From positions 2,542,001-2,606,000 of the forward strand of contig BQFW01000004.1 in NCBI GenBank assembly GCA_020891255.1: DNA of 64,000 nt. The letters run 5' to 3'. The notes beneath the pieces were generated by a model, which searched no databases, was not told where the DNA came from, and was given only the letters and a program-made list of their open reading frames with translations. Positions 14,083 to 26,245 of this stretch are shown here, piece by piece. A program made the translations under genes and the position numbers. This DNA is from Entomortierella parvispora E1425. Taxonomy: Eukaryota > Fungi > Mortierellomycota. Each line of letters begins with the position of its first letter. Position 1 is the first letter of the stretch.

Positions 14083-16378
14083 ATGTCTTCCTTTTCCACC
14101 TTTCAACATCAACATCAGCAGCAACACTCAGGTCGTCCTTCTTCCATGATCCGATCTTCGTCCGTGTCCTGTAAACTCCCTTCAACGACCTCGACTGCCA
14201 GAAATACCTCCGCACAGACGCAGCAACAACAACAACAACAACCTCAGTGTCCAAGCCGGAAACGTGCCTGTCCTCGGGAAGAAGGCGAAGGTTATCAAGA
14301 TCCACGTGAGTATCTTAAACACTCGAGCGAAACGACCGAGTCGTCGCTTCAGTGTCCTCGTCTCCAATCACAGCAACTGTGCCTCCCCCGAAAGTGCACA
14401 ACTGCTGCGACGACCGGCGCCGCTCCTCCGAGCAGCAACGGTTCTAGTGGCAATGGCACCCATGGTGGCGCACAGTGCGCGTTGGACCCAAACACCGTCA
14501 AAGCTAACTTTGTGGACAGTCTTGTTGGTGAGTGCAATGATATTTAAATGGATACAATGCAATGTTGGGTGCGGGCTGGTCTGGTCTGTTTATTGTTTGC
14601 AAAGAAATGGTGGCGTCCTTCCCCCTTTTGTTTTATTTTTCTGCTTTGCCTCTGGAGTCGAGTGATGGAGCTGGTGGCACTGCACGTAGGCGCAGCACAC
14701 GATAATTTATCCTGCACGCCGGCCGTCCAGGCTCTTTTTTTGCCACCATCTTCGCATCTTCGGTGTGTGTGCTCTGCACCAAACACACAAAAAGGGCCAC
14801 GACAACAGTGGTCCTCCTCATTTTTTTTCTTTTTCTTTTTGCCGCGCTTTTTGCCTTTCCTATTCTGCCTCCACCGCCTGGTCGACCTTCGACTCACTCG
14901 CTGCTGTGCCCCATCCTCCCCTCACATCTGACCTTGGTCGATCTGCCGCCAATTTCCATTTTTGCAATTTTTGCTTTCTTTTTTTGTTTCTTGTTTCCCG
15001 CGCAGTTTTTGGTGTCTCTTGAAAGATATAAGAAGGACCTTTGCTCCCCCTTTCTCCTTCCTTCTTTGCACCCTCCACTCTGTGTTGTTGATGAACTATT
15101 GAGAAAAGAATTTGCTGATATTCACCAACACCTGTCCTTGCCCCTCCCACCATGTGCCACCAATACCATCCGCTCCTCCTCCCTGCTACGTCCGCTATGA
15201 CCCTTTCCGCCTCGGTCTCGACTCTCGATCTCATAGACACTGCTGCGATCGTCATTGAGTCCATCTGGCCCCCTTCACCCGAGTGTGCCCAGAAGCAGAA
15301 GGGCCTTCCCCTCCGCACCTTCATCCAGGAGACTCTCAAGCGCTCCCGCTCTTCGTACTCGACGCTCCAGACGGCTCTCTTCTATCTCTACAAGATCCGC
15401 AACAAGGTCCCAAACACTTATCTCAAGCGTCGTCAGGACCAGCTGCACCAATCTTATCCTCACCTCTCGGCCGCAGCACACCACCACCACCACCACTACC
15501 ATCACTCTTCCTCAGAAGCTCTTATGACCCCACCTGCTTCCCCCCTTCATACCCAGAATCTTGCCGAATTCGCATCGTCACTCCAGGGACCGGACTATTT
15601 CAGTCTCCGTGCCGCAGCAGATACAAAGTCGGTTCTTCCCTCACCAATGTCTTCGACCTGTTCGATGACGTCCGCAAGTCCTGCTTCCTCTACGGGATTC
15701 AGCCCCTGCTCAGCGTCATCCCCTGCGTCAAACACATCGTCCCCTACTTCCTCAACGTCCTCTCCTTGCTCAGTGTCTTCAACGACATCGTCAAGTACCT
15801 CGGGCTCTTCCAATGCTCAGTCGTCGTCGAGTCAGTCGAATCGAATCATTTACTGCGGTCGCAGAACTTTCTTGGCTGCTTTGATGGTTGCCTCCAAATA
15901 TCTCCAGGACCGTAATTACTCCAACAAGGCCTGGGCAAAGATTTCGGGCTTGTCCATCAAGGAGATCAATGCCAACGAGCTCATCTTTTTGAAGCTCATC
16001 GACTATTCTCTCTTTGTCTCCCATGATACCTTCATGAGATGGACGGCGCTCTTGGTAGCCCATGGACAAGAGGCAACTCGAAAGTTCATGCATGCCGTCG
16101 ATGCAACCCAGCCATCATCCTTTGCCGCCCGGTCCCTGTCGATGCCTCCTCTCGTCCTGAATGGTAGTCATATCCGATATGCTCCTATGAAGACGGATGT
16201 GATCCAGGCTCTCCCATTGACTGGTTTTGAAGCGGATGGTCAACATGTTGACTCTGATGCTGTCCAAGAGTCCGAGCGTTCCGCCTGTGCAACGAGGTGT
16301 ACCAAAGTTGCCCGATCCATGGCGTATCCTTCAGACCAAAGCGGTCCCATCGTAGCAAGCGGTTCCTTTGTTCTTTAG
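14083..16378 (+). CDS. Pho85-type (Pcl5/Clg1/Pas1-like) cyclin; exons 14083-14527 and 15237-16378; the start could be further upstream (13996 or a micro-exon)
   Basis: Splicing gives FVDSLV-D-TAAIVIESIWP. Cyclin box LRTFIQETLKRSRSSYSTLQTALFYL and GRRTFLAALMVASKYLQDRNYSNKAWAKISGL. Confidence 0.88.
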
Positions 16379-17179
16379 GTTGTATTTGTGTCCTTTTATT
16401 CGGGGTGTGTGTATGTGTGTGTGTGTGCGTGTGGGATTGCTTTCTTATATCCGCCTTTGCGGATTTGTGTCTTTGAGGGAGGTTCAAACCTTTTCTTCTG
16501 TCCCTATCTCGCTTGCTACCTTTCATTCCCTCCCCGGATGGTTCTCCTCTCTTCTCTTTTCGCTTCTTATTGTTACTGTTGTTCTGGGTTTCTTTTCTGG
16601 TTAATGGTAGTGACGATAATTAGAATGTACAACAATACTATGATCTTTCTTCAATATCTTGCTTGTTTCCAGGGCCCATTTGTTATTACAAGGACAATGG
16701 ACGCACGAGACCTGTTCATGCCTCAATGCTCTGATAACCGAGACAAGTTCGTGACGGTCTTGATGCTGGTTGCTGATGCGGTTACCCATGATAATGTTGA
16801 CAATGATGATAATGATAATGAATGGATGAGTGGATGTAAATGCAAGATGCTGATGATGCTGTTGATTATGAATATCATGTCTACCCTTGCAGTTCATCAG
16901 AGATCAGCAAACAACCTGGATGTTATTTTCATGGCTCTCCATGGATACTAAAATGCGCCTCTGGGAGGAATGTATAGGGTGGGTACATCCCGTTGTTCCC
17001 AAGACGTTTTGTTGTGGGATGCATCAAGTCTTTGGTTGCCTCTAGATAAAATGTATTTCGTTCTCAATGGAGGCTGGTTTGCTGTAGAAACTTGTTGGTT
17101 TATTTGCAGTCGTCGCAACTGATGACATTGGACGCCATTTTCTCCATAAAATACTCTTTCTCTGTCAATATTCCTGTGT

Positions 17180-18209
17180 TCACGAGTCTGGTGTCGACAC
17201 TGACTGAATCAATGTAATGTTGTCACCCTTGAGCAAAATGCGACCTGAAATAAACGAGGTAAAAGATGGGGAAAATATTAGTACTTGGCAGCAGAAAATA
17301 TTCACGGATGTCGAAGATCCAAAGAGTGAAATGTGGTGCCATGTCCTTACCAACAGGCTTTCTTGTTCCCTTCTTGATGTTGACCTCTGTTGCGTTATCC
17401 AAGACCAAGTTCATGAACTCATCGAAACCCTACGCAAGACAAAATCAATCATGTAGCAATAAAAAGAGAGAAACAAGGTCAATTTCCGATAGAAGAGCAG
17501 AGAGGTTGGGATCACCAATTCGGCACGACCATAATCCAGTGGCCAGCATTGGGTCATGGAAGATGTCAGTTCTAATGTTTTCGCTCCCCTGTCTTTGTGA
17601 ATCCATCCTTACAATGATCTGGCCTTCGATGCGGGTGTCCAACTGCTCATATAACCAAATCTGCACAGTGGATCTCTAGCAGTATAGAAAAATGACAATG
17701 AAGATAAATGTTTAGTAAATCAGATCTCAACGGAAACAGCCTGAGAGATGTAGCTTGCAATGGTTTGTTTACCTGTTGCAGATACCTGAAGATCAGGTTC
17801 TAATGGATAAAAAAACGACAAGTAAAGGAAAGAGTTAGTATCAGCCTTTGGTGCAACTCTGTTGGCATACACTCCTTTGAAGAGTCGCGATGAGCTGGTT
17901 TCCGGCCTGTCCCAGTCTCTGCCTCCATATCCAAAGTTGATGCACCCCTATGCCGTGTGAGAGTCTGTCTGATATCTTATCGAAGATGGATTGCAGAGAC
18001 GCGTGGCCCTTTTTCGATTGCTTGGAGAGTCAAAGACGCGCCTTCCAGATCCTCCGTTTGCTCCTGTTCCAACAGCACTGAGCACTTGTCCATTCTATGC
18101 ATTGTTTCGACTGCAGCTCCTTGGTCTGGTGGTAGCATGAGGTATCAAAATAGCAGGCATCTAAACTCACAATGGGCTGGACCATAATGCGCTGCACTTT
18201 GGACGACAT
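17180..18209 (-). CDS. SME1: Small nuclear ribonucleoprotein SmE; 5 exons (18209-18171, 17799-17773, 17675-17613, 17429-17351, 17244-17180)
   Basis: The spliced product [90 protein letters not shown] is a near-canonical SmE. All introns are GT-AG. Confidence 0.96.
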
Positions 18210-18604
18210 GGCTGGCTATATCTTGGGCTGTTTGGTACAAAAGTAGAGGTGGGCTGTCTGCTGCTTGAAGGAGGATGAAAGAAACAAGTCTTGGTGGGGA
18301 TGGTCTGATGGATGCTCCTGTGAAGATGGCGAACAACGGACAGCAGGGAGGAAGAGAGGGAGATGGTGGCGAGGTTGATGCATTTCCTTCATTTCCTGAG
18401 CTGTTGTTTGAAGCTGTGGCTTTGATTTGGCTCGCAGGGCAGACAGGCAGACAGACAGACGGACAGACTGGACTGGCACAGACACAGAACAGTCCCAGAA
18501 AAATGGCGTCTCCCAGCCTGTGGGGAGGGGGGAGTCAAATTGAGCGCAGGCGCGGATTGGCTTTTGGTCTTTCTCTTTCAGCACACACATTCCTCTTATC
18601 AGCT

Positions 18605-19781
18605 ATGTCCTCTGAACTCGCTACCAGCTACGCTGCCTTGATCCTCGCCGACGACAACGTCGAGATCACCGTTAAGTATCGGTCCAGCATCCATCGCTCC
18701 TCATGGATACATCGGGATACCACCACCATTGCCATCGACATCGCCATCGCTATCGATGGATGGCTGCCTGGACTTGTCTGATCCGATGGATACGGGCCTA
18801 GAGCGGACCTTGGGGAATCACCTGATTCAGATGATGATTCAAAGAGTCAATCTGATTCATCATTCCGATTCAGTCCCCCTCCCCTCTTCGACTCTGGAAG
18901 CAGGATCGTCACCGTCATTGGAAGGTCGCATCGCTTCATGTGGGACTCATCGTCACAAGCGAGATCATCCGACATGGAAAGGATATTTTTCATCCAGGAT
19001 CAGCCATGGCAGTTCAGTTGATGTTCTGGAAGTCTCTTTCTTTCAAGGATGTTGACTGTCTGCTCCTGGAATCGGAGTCTTCCAGAATGGCAAAGTTAGG
19101 ACTGGACCATCACTGTCATCTGGATTTCAGTTGGCTGTTCTTGGACAATCTTTCCCTGAAGCCTCATGCGACCTTATATTGTGGAGCTGCTCAAGCTGGC
19201 ATATTGCGTCGAGTCAAATTACCCAAACGGCTCCCCAGTGCTTGCTTCCGAGCACGCTGTGGACATGGAGCACGGTCATCTCCCCCTTTTCGACACCTTT
19301 TTGAATATTTTCAGGACACGACGACATTCCAGGAGTATAGGGATTTCATTTGAACAACCTAGATCATTGCGGCTGACCAAAGGATCCTTTCTTTTCTCTA
19401 CTAGTCTGACAAGTTGCAGACCCTCTTGAAGGCTGCCAACGTTGAGGTCGAGTCCATCTGGACTTCCCTCTTCGCCAAGGCCCTCGCCGGCAAGGATGTC
19501 GAGGCCATGCTCTCCAACGTCGGAGCTGCTGGCTCTGCCCCCGCCGCTGGTGCCGTCGCCGCCGCTGGTGGTGCCGCCGCTGCTGAGGAGAAGGCCGAGG
19601 AGAAGAAGGAGGAGGCCAAGGAGGAGTCTGATGACGATATGGGATTCGGTATGTTGTTTGCGCCAATTGTCTATCGTTTCTTTCTGGAATGCATGGAATA
19701 TGACGTTCAATTGAAAAACATGATAGCTGACCTATTCTCCTCCACGTTCATCTTTCGAAAACAACAGGTCTCTTCGATTAA
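18605..19781 (+). CDS. RPP1: 60S acidic ribosomal protein P1; exons 18605-18670, 19405-19648, 19768-19781
   Basis: N-terminus [49 protein letters not shown], an Ala-rich hinge, and the C-terminus [13 protein letters not shown]. Confidence 0.96.
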
Positions 19782-20340
19782 ATTATCACTCCCCCTGCCG
19801 TTTTTTATTAAAAGCAAAAGGCCCTCTTTGCCTATTCTTTCAATTCCATGTTGGTCGTTTCCAGAAGAGGCTGTCAGACTCTGGGCTAATTTCTGTGTTG
19901 TGTTGTGCTGCTGTGCTGTCTGTGTTGTCTTGTGCTGTGCCGATGCGAAAGGGTCAATGCACGAAACGAAAAGAGGTTGAACGTATTGCCTGGTTGATGA
20001 TCTACGCTGTTCTATGATCTTTGGCACATGTTCTCGCCACCCCAGGATTTGTTCCGCTCATGACGACAGGGCGCCTATGAAAAATTCCTTTTCTGCTTCT
20101 GCTACGTGGCCCTGACACCCGAAAAGGCAAAAATCTTATTTTTGACCGTTTCGGGTTCCTTGTGCGACAAGCCCCTTGGCAGGGTTCTCCATCGTATAAA
20201 GGGAAGACCTTCCCCCCCCCATCCTGCACAGCCTTTCCCCATTCCTTCCTCTCAACTATCCCACATCCCCTTCCCACTCCTCAACAGGACTCTTCAACCT
20301 AGACTCCCTTCCAAACCACACAAAACACCTCCACACAATC

Positions 20341-20992
20341 ATGGCTCGTTCTCGTGCTCGTGCAGCTCCCTCTTCCAACCAGACCCGCAGGGCCTCTACC
20401 ATGCCTGCTCGCCAAGGACCTCCTCCTTCCCGCCCCCAGCCTCAGCAGCAACACTCTATGGCTCCTGCACAACAAGCTCCATCGGCCATGGCTCACCCTA
20501 ATCAACCTCGACAGCCTGGTCTCTTTGGACAAATGGCCTCGACAGCTGCCGGTGTAGCCGTCGGATCAACCATTGGACATACGATCGGTCATGGCATCAC
20601 TGTAAGTAGCTCTCCTTACAAAGAAACAGGATCCTGCGATAAAAAAAGCAACCCCTTCATTCATAACTGACTCCCCTGTTCGCTTTTTTTTTTTGTCATA
20701 GTCCATGTTCGGCGGATCGTCCGCTCCTCCTGCAGACGTACCCGCTCAGGAGCAACAACAATACCAGCAAACTCCTCAACAGCAGCAATACCAACAAAAC
20801 TACGTACCTCAACAACAACAGCCATATGCAACCAATGCGGCGATTCCAGGCTCTTCCATGGGATCTGTGGCCTGTGAGGCCGATGCCAAGGCCTTCACAC
20901 GTTGTTTGGAGGCCAGCGACAACAACATGAGCGTATGTCAATGGTACTTTGAACAGCTCAAGGCATGTCAATCTATGGCGGCCAATTACTAG
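20341..20992 (+). CDS. MIX17: Mitochondrial twin CX9C protein, Mix17/CHCHD2/CHCHD10 family; exons 20341-20601 and 20702-20992
   Basis: QPGLFGQMASTAAGVAVGSTIGH motif and a C-terminal CX9C-CX9C (CEADAKAFTRC...CQWYFEQLKAC). Confidence 0.93.
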
Positions 20993-21150
20993 GAGATGTG
21001 AGATCGTGAGATCTCTGACAGAGGAGATCTGTGTACAATAGTCGAGCTGCTCAGCAATAAAGCAACGTGAAAAAAAACCCACCCTCAATTTTTTTGATGC
21101 ACTCTTGCTTTTTTTTCTTCATGGATTCAGATTACTCGTGGGGGGGGGGG

Positions 21151-21180
21151 GATCTGGATCTGGATCTGGATCTGGATCTG
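21151..21180 (+). repeat. (GATCTG)5 hexamer repeat after a G10 run
   Basis: Read directly from the sequence. Confidence 0.9.
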
Positions 21181-22164
21181 GAAGGGGAAAGGGAACGAAT
21201 GCACTGTGCACCAGGACAGTTCAACCTTCTTTTGAGTCAACTCCCCTATTCAGGGATACAAGGAGTGTGAGCATGGTCGTCCCCCAAATGATGCTGATCT
21301 AGAGGGTAGCAGTCTAGAAAAAAGATCGAACCCCCATGCTCATATTCTCGTCGTGCATAGCTCATTTCCCACGTATCACACCACCTATCTCTGCTGAGTT
21401 TGTGAGTTCACGGCTGGAACGAATAGATACGATCATCTTGGGGGTCTTATTTTTTCGTCAGTTATTTGATTTCTGGCACTGCCACCAGCCAGCCTTGCTT
21501 TTGGTATGGCCCCTGAAGGCCCATTTTCTGTTCTTCTTGGGAAGGAAATGGCTAGTTATGGTCAGTGGTTAGAATTAGAAGAACAACATCAGTAGCGTCA
21601 GTCATGAACCATAATGGGTTGAAGCCTGGGAGGGACAATCAACAAGAGCTATTCATATTCCAGCTTATCCGTTTTTTTTTTTTTTGAGGAACATCCTAGA
21701 ATCTTTGTTTTTTTTTGGACATTCACCATCTCTTTGGTGGCCCTGCTCTCCTATTAAACCTTCCTAGAGCCAGGCTCCCTCAAGGATCTCCATGGTCCTA
21801 GGACTCTAATGGGAGCTGGAATAGACTTTAACCACGCGTTTCGTCGCACAGTGCTTCTCCCTTGTCTGCACGTTGTGTCTGGTCACAGCTAGAAGGCAGT
21901 AGCGCGTCCTGTCTAATCCCACCTTCACCTACCCTCTACACCAATGTCTGCATCAACAATCTATAAAACGACACTCTTGCCTCCCCAAGCTGAACTTCAT
22001 CTTTTCTCTCGATCCTCCTTCCACCTCACAAAGGCAAAAAAAAAAAAAAAAAAAAAAAAAAAGGCCCTCCTCTTCTCTAATTCCTTCAAACTCTTGCACC
22101 CTCTATTCATTTGAGGATCTTTTCTACTAGAGAATCCCACACTACCGAATCCAGCATCGTTAAT

Positions 22165-22395
22165 ATGTACAGGACCTTCGTTGCTTTGGCCCTCTGCCTG
22201 GCCGCTTTCATGATCCCAGTCAACGCGGCTGCCGTGACCACCAGGGCTGCTTACGATCTCTGCTATTCCAAGTACAACGAATGCAGATCTCAGCGTTACG
22301 CCAACATGTCCACCTGCGCATCAAACTTCGCAGGTTGCCTGGGATACAATCCCTACAATAATGAAGGAGGTCTCATTGCACCCCCAGAGGCTTAA
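22165..22395 (+). CDS. Small secreted cysteine-rich protein, 76 aa, intronless
   Basis: Signal-peptide-like MYRTFVALALCLAAFMIPVNA. Mature part has C-X6-C-X10-C-X6-C followed by LGYNPY. Preceded by a CT-rich/poly(A) promoter-like region. Confidence 0.75.
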   Translation: MYRTFVALALCLAAFMIPVNAAAVTTRAAYDLCYSKYNECRSQRYANMSTCASNFAGCLGYNPYNNEGGLIAPPEA

Positions 22396-22724
22396 ATGGC
22401 TGCGGACCAGAAGAACGCACAAAACTCTTGTACCCTCTTCCCTGATTCCATGTCTAGTATTTTCTTTCTTTCGTTCGTTCTCTTTTAACCTGTCCCGTAC
22501 CCATCCTTCTACCAACGAAGAATGGCATCAGAGACCAATTCCATATAACCGTATTTCTCTTTGAAGAGATGGAATAAATAACAAGAAAAAAAAAACAATC
22601 ACAACATCCGTCGGCCATTGGCTTGTGGACGGTCCTCCCTCCCACAGACCAGTTATTTTGTCAGACATTTGGTCAACGTCAACATTTCATTATTTTGTCT
22701 AGATAAAAGGCACGGTTGACTACA

Positions 22725-24314
22725 CTAGTCAATTGGGCGAAGAACAGGGGGCTCAAGTCCGAGTTGACCACCTTGTTTTCGAATCTCTGTTTGTATCCGT
22801 CCAAACAGTGAGATGACCAAGCCTAGAATATGTTGAGAATCCAGTTTCCAATCCCATTTGCCGTGATACCGGATCCGGTTAAACCCCAATGGAGTGACCC
22901 TGAATTTGGGCCGCAAGGGATTCAGTGGCGAAATTGAACATTCAATAAAGTACCAATCCACAGCATCCGTGACGATTCCGTAGGATGTCTTTGCGTTGGT
23001 TGACAGACTGATGCTTCTCCACCTCAGAGTGGCCTCCAATTGCAGTAAATGTTGAGCCATGGCTTTAGAGAAGTCGCCGTTCCTGACCAGCGTGACAACT
23101 CCAAAGACATGGCATGTCTGTGCTTCCATCTGCGAGTCGTTGCTGCTGCCCTTGGGTGAGGGCTCAATAGCAAAGTCCATCGTTCCCTGACCATACCTCC
23201 CCGTAATCAACTTTTGAGACTTGAGTCTCAATTCTCCCTTGAAAACCAGACCAGCCTGGGCAAGGAACGGACAGACAAAATCTCGGACGTTTTCACCCAT
23301 GTCTGTTGTGCCCATGAACTGGATCCTTGAATCCAGCTCGTCCAGCATCCGCCTCTTTGCTTCCACCTGAAGACCCCTGTCATACACTTTGGCTGCAAAG
23401 TCGACCAGACACGAGATGTCAGAGATGATGGGATCCTTTTCGTCCGTGATTTGGAAGAGGTTGACCACATGCTTGAACGTAAAACTCGTGAAAGGGCGGT
23501 CAGGGGTCTCGAGCGACAAGGTGAGTGTCTTCTTTCCTGTCTTTTGGAACTGATACAATATGTGGCGGAGCTGAGTGTCGTTTTTGAGAAGCTCGGAACC
23601 TTTAGGTTCTTTATCCTGATTTTTGGACAGCCGCGGTGGTTGGACGCTGTTGTTTGAATGCATGACCAATAACATGGCTGTTCCGTCCCTGTTACTTCTC
23701 TCAGGATATTGGTTATAAATGGCATTCTCTAGTTCCTCCACGGTGGTCTTTTCAATCAGGGTCGGCCATGTAAACCCCTCATCCTTGCTTCTCGGAACAA
23801 CTACGATGTTGAATTCAACTAGATTGCAAAGTCGCCGCAACTCTTCCACTTCCTTTTTTAACGCCGCCATGCTCCGTTCATGTTTGAGTGAAAGCGCCTC
23901 GATCTCCTTGCGGAGGATGCTTTGGAGGTCCGGCTGTGCTTGCTTCGTGCTCTCGACTGTGGCCAGATCCTGCGGCTTTTTTTGTTTATCGTCAGTCGTT
24001 GGTGGGGTTTGGATCTTTGTCTGCTTGTCCTCTGTCAAAGTGTGGTCTGGAGGGGCCTCCTTGTGGGTTTGTTGCTTAGGTGATTCCTTGGACTTTGAAG
24101 TGTCATTGTCCAGAGTCTCGGATGCTTTCTCAAATAAGGGTGCTGCTTTGATCATCATGTCGTGCAAAGACTTTTGAAGTGCTTCCAGATCAGCGGCACT
24201 CCGTGCCAAGGCGGCTCCTTTTGGGTGCGAGATTTTCCGTGTTTGTGGCTCGGGAGTAGGTATTGAAATAGGCGCTATAAAGGAAAAAATGAAGAAAAGA
24301 AAAACAGAGAGAGT

Positions 24315-24352
<38 letters not shown>

Positions 24353-24752
24353 AAGAGAGGGAGAGGGGGAGACCTGAAGAAGGAAAGGATATTGGAAAGA
24401 AATGAAATTGAATACCTGTCTTTGACTGGAACTCGACAAGGACTTCGACGCACCAGCTTGGTTTCTTGTCGCCGTCAAGAGTTTTAAGAGTGTACGTTTT
24501 GATGGGTCTGTCATACAGCATCAGAACCTTGTCAACGTCGATTGGCTTGACAGGCTGCTTCCATTCGAGGTTTGTGAGCTTGACAGACCAGAGCATCATG
24601 TCCCAAGGGGGACGATGTGGGGTCGTCGGAGGAATCCTTAGCCTCTGCCAGATGACTTCTTTGAGATCCTGAACGCTCCTGTTCAGGTCAATGTCGACGG
24701 CGAACGCCTCCGAGACGATTTTTCCGCTGATGAGACAAAGGATCCGCTCCAT
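22725..24752 (-). CDS. Crinkler (CRN)-like protein with an N-terminal ubiquitin-like header and a C-terminal degenerate restriction-endonuclease-like domain; exons 24752-24416 and 24274-22725, 628 aa
   Basis: N-terminus ILCLISG...AFAVDI...VQDLKEVI...LW.V ending EVLVEFQ matches the CRN header. C-terminus ITGRYGQGTMDFAI...AQHLLQL...YGIVTDAVDWYF matches the CRN-associated REase fold. Confidence 0.75.
24314..24358 (+). repeat. (GT)n/(GA)n compound microsatellite inside the CRN intron
   Basis: Read directly from the sequence. Confidence 0.9.
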
Positions 24753-26245
24753 GGCGTTCGATGAATGTGTAGCAACAGGGTGCAGAAATGAGATGAATCA
24801 TTGTCGACACCGCACAGGGCACAGCAGCGATATTGGTGGCAAAGGGTGCCATGCCATTGGCGGAAAAAAAATAAAAAAAAAATAAAAAAAAAAAAACGCC
24901 CAGTTTCCTTCTGCACTCTCAGCCAGCAAAAAGTCAATAGTTCCATATCTCACTCAACATCTCAACACGGCACAACTCAGTGGTTAAAAACCATACAAGA
25001 TGATTCAAGTCCAGAACAAGACGATTGCAAGTTGAAGAGCTGCATTCGCTGCTGCTAACCACAACTCCAGTCAAAGATCTCCAAAGGCACATCATCAGGG
25101 TTTATTTAGTGGAGAGTCCTGGAAGGCAACTGGACTATCAAAAGTTCTTACTGTGGTTTCAATTGCTAAGGCTTGTCTCCCCAGAAGATTGGCAATTCTC
25201 TCAAGATGGCGTCCTTGGAATGATAGGATTGTGGAAAAGGCACAATGGGCAAAGTGGTTCAAAGATCAAGGGTCTGCTTTGGAAGAACAAAGGATGAGGA
25301 CCATCAACGCAGCGCAGAGAAAGAACTTGGTGAAAGAAAGGCACGCTCCATCTTTGATTCCATTGCGCGCGTTTGGCCCTCTCCCTCTCTTCTGGTGTAT
25401 CTCGCAGACGCCCTTTCCTGCCTCTGCAGGACAATAATAGCTTCCCCTGTACAGCCTAGCATGGTCCAGAATGAATATAAAGACAAGGAGGGTTCAGTAC
25501 CCCAGGTGAGGGACCTGTGTCGGAGACAATTGCTGTGCGTTTCATTTGCAATATAGGGGATATCCATTCAACGATGGATCCCTTGCCCCGTTGGAGAGAG
25601 AGATAAATTGCAAAAAGAAGGAAAGGGCGTGAGCAATTGAAGAGGGAAGCGTGGAAGGAACAAAAAGGCTCAACAATTGGGCCGCGATCGTTTTCATTTT
25701 TCGATTTGTTGGTGTTTTGTCGTTTTAGCACGGACAGTATCACCATGCATGGCAACACACACCGATGCACTTGCCACACACACATAAGATAAAACGAGAC
25801 GAATGAATGATGCTCAGTCGACATCAAGGGCCTTGCTCTCTCTTTCTTGCTCCGCACCACGACAAAGAGTGATGTATTCCCCTGTGTCTCCGCTTGGGCG
25901 AATTGGGTGTGGTGTGGTCGTGTCTCTCCGAGTCCGAAATAGAAAGTCGAGGGACCCGCACCCTGTCCTCTCCCTCCTTCGCCCCAAAGGTGCTGGGCAG
26001 AACAAGGTCTATCCGCTAAAGATAATGAAAAGTCCGACCAAGAGAGTTTTTTAGGCATCACAGACTGCAAGTCCGGTTTCTCTCTGCCGCCAGTCTTGTT
26101 TGCAACAGTCAGTCGTTCTGCTTCATTTTTTTTTATATCTTCTTCCTTCCTTCTGCAGTCGACGCTCAACCGACGCTACCTTGTCTTCTTCCTTCCTTCC
26201 TCCCTCTCATTCATTCATCTCAATCGCATTCATACATTCACCACA

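Noticed and set aside
18831-18863. ATGATGA ... CTGA (C/D-box-like) hairpin in RPP1 intron 1
   Set aside because: The boxes are only 14 nt apart, with no second D box or recognisable rRNA antisense element. Too short for a C/D snoRNA.
25025-25437. Overlapping 90-94 aa ORFs upstream of the CRN gene
   Set aside because: No recognisable motif, no convincing start or splice structure.
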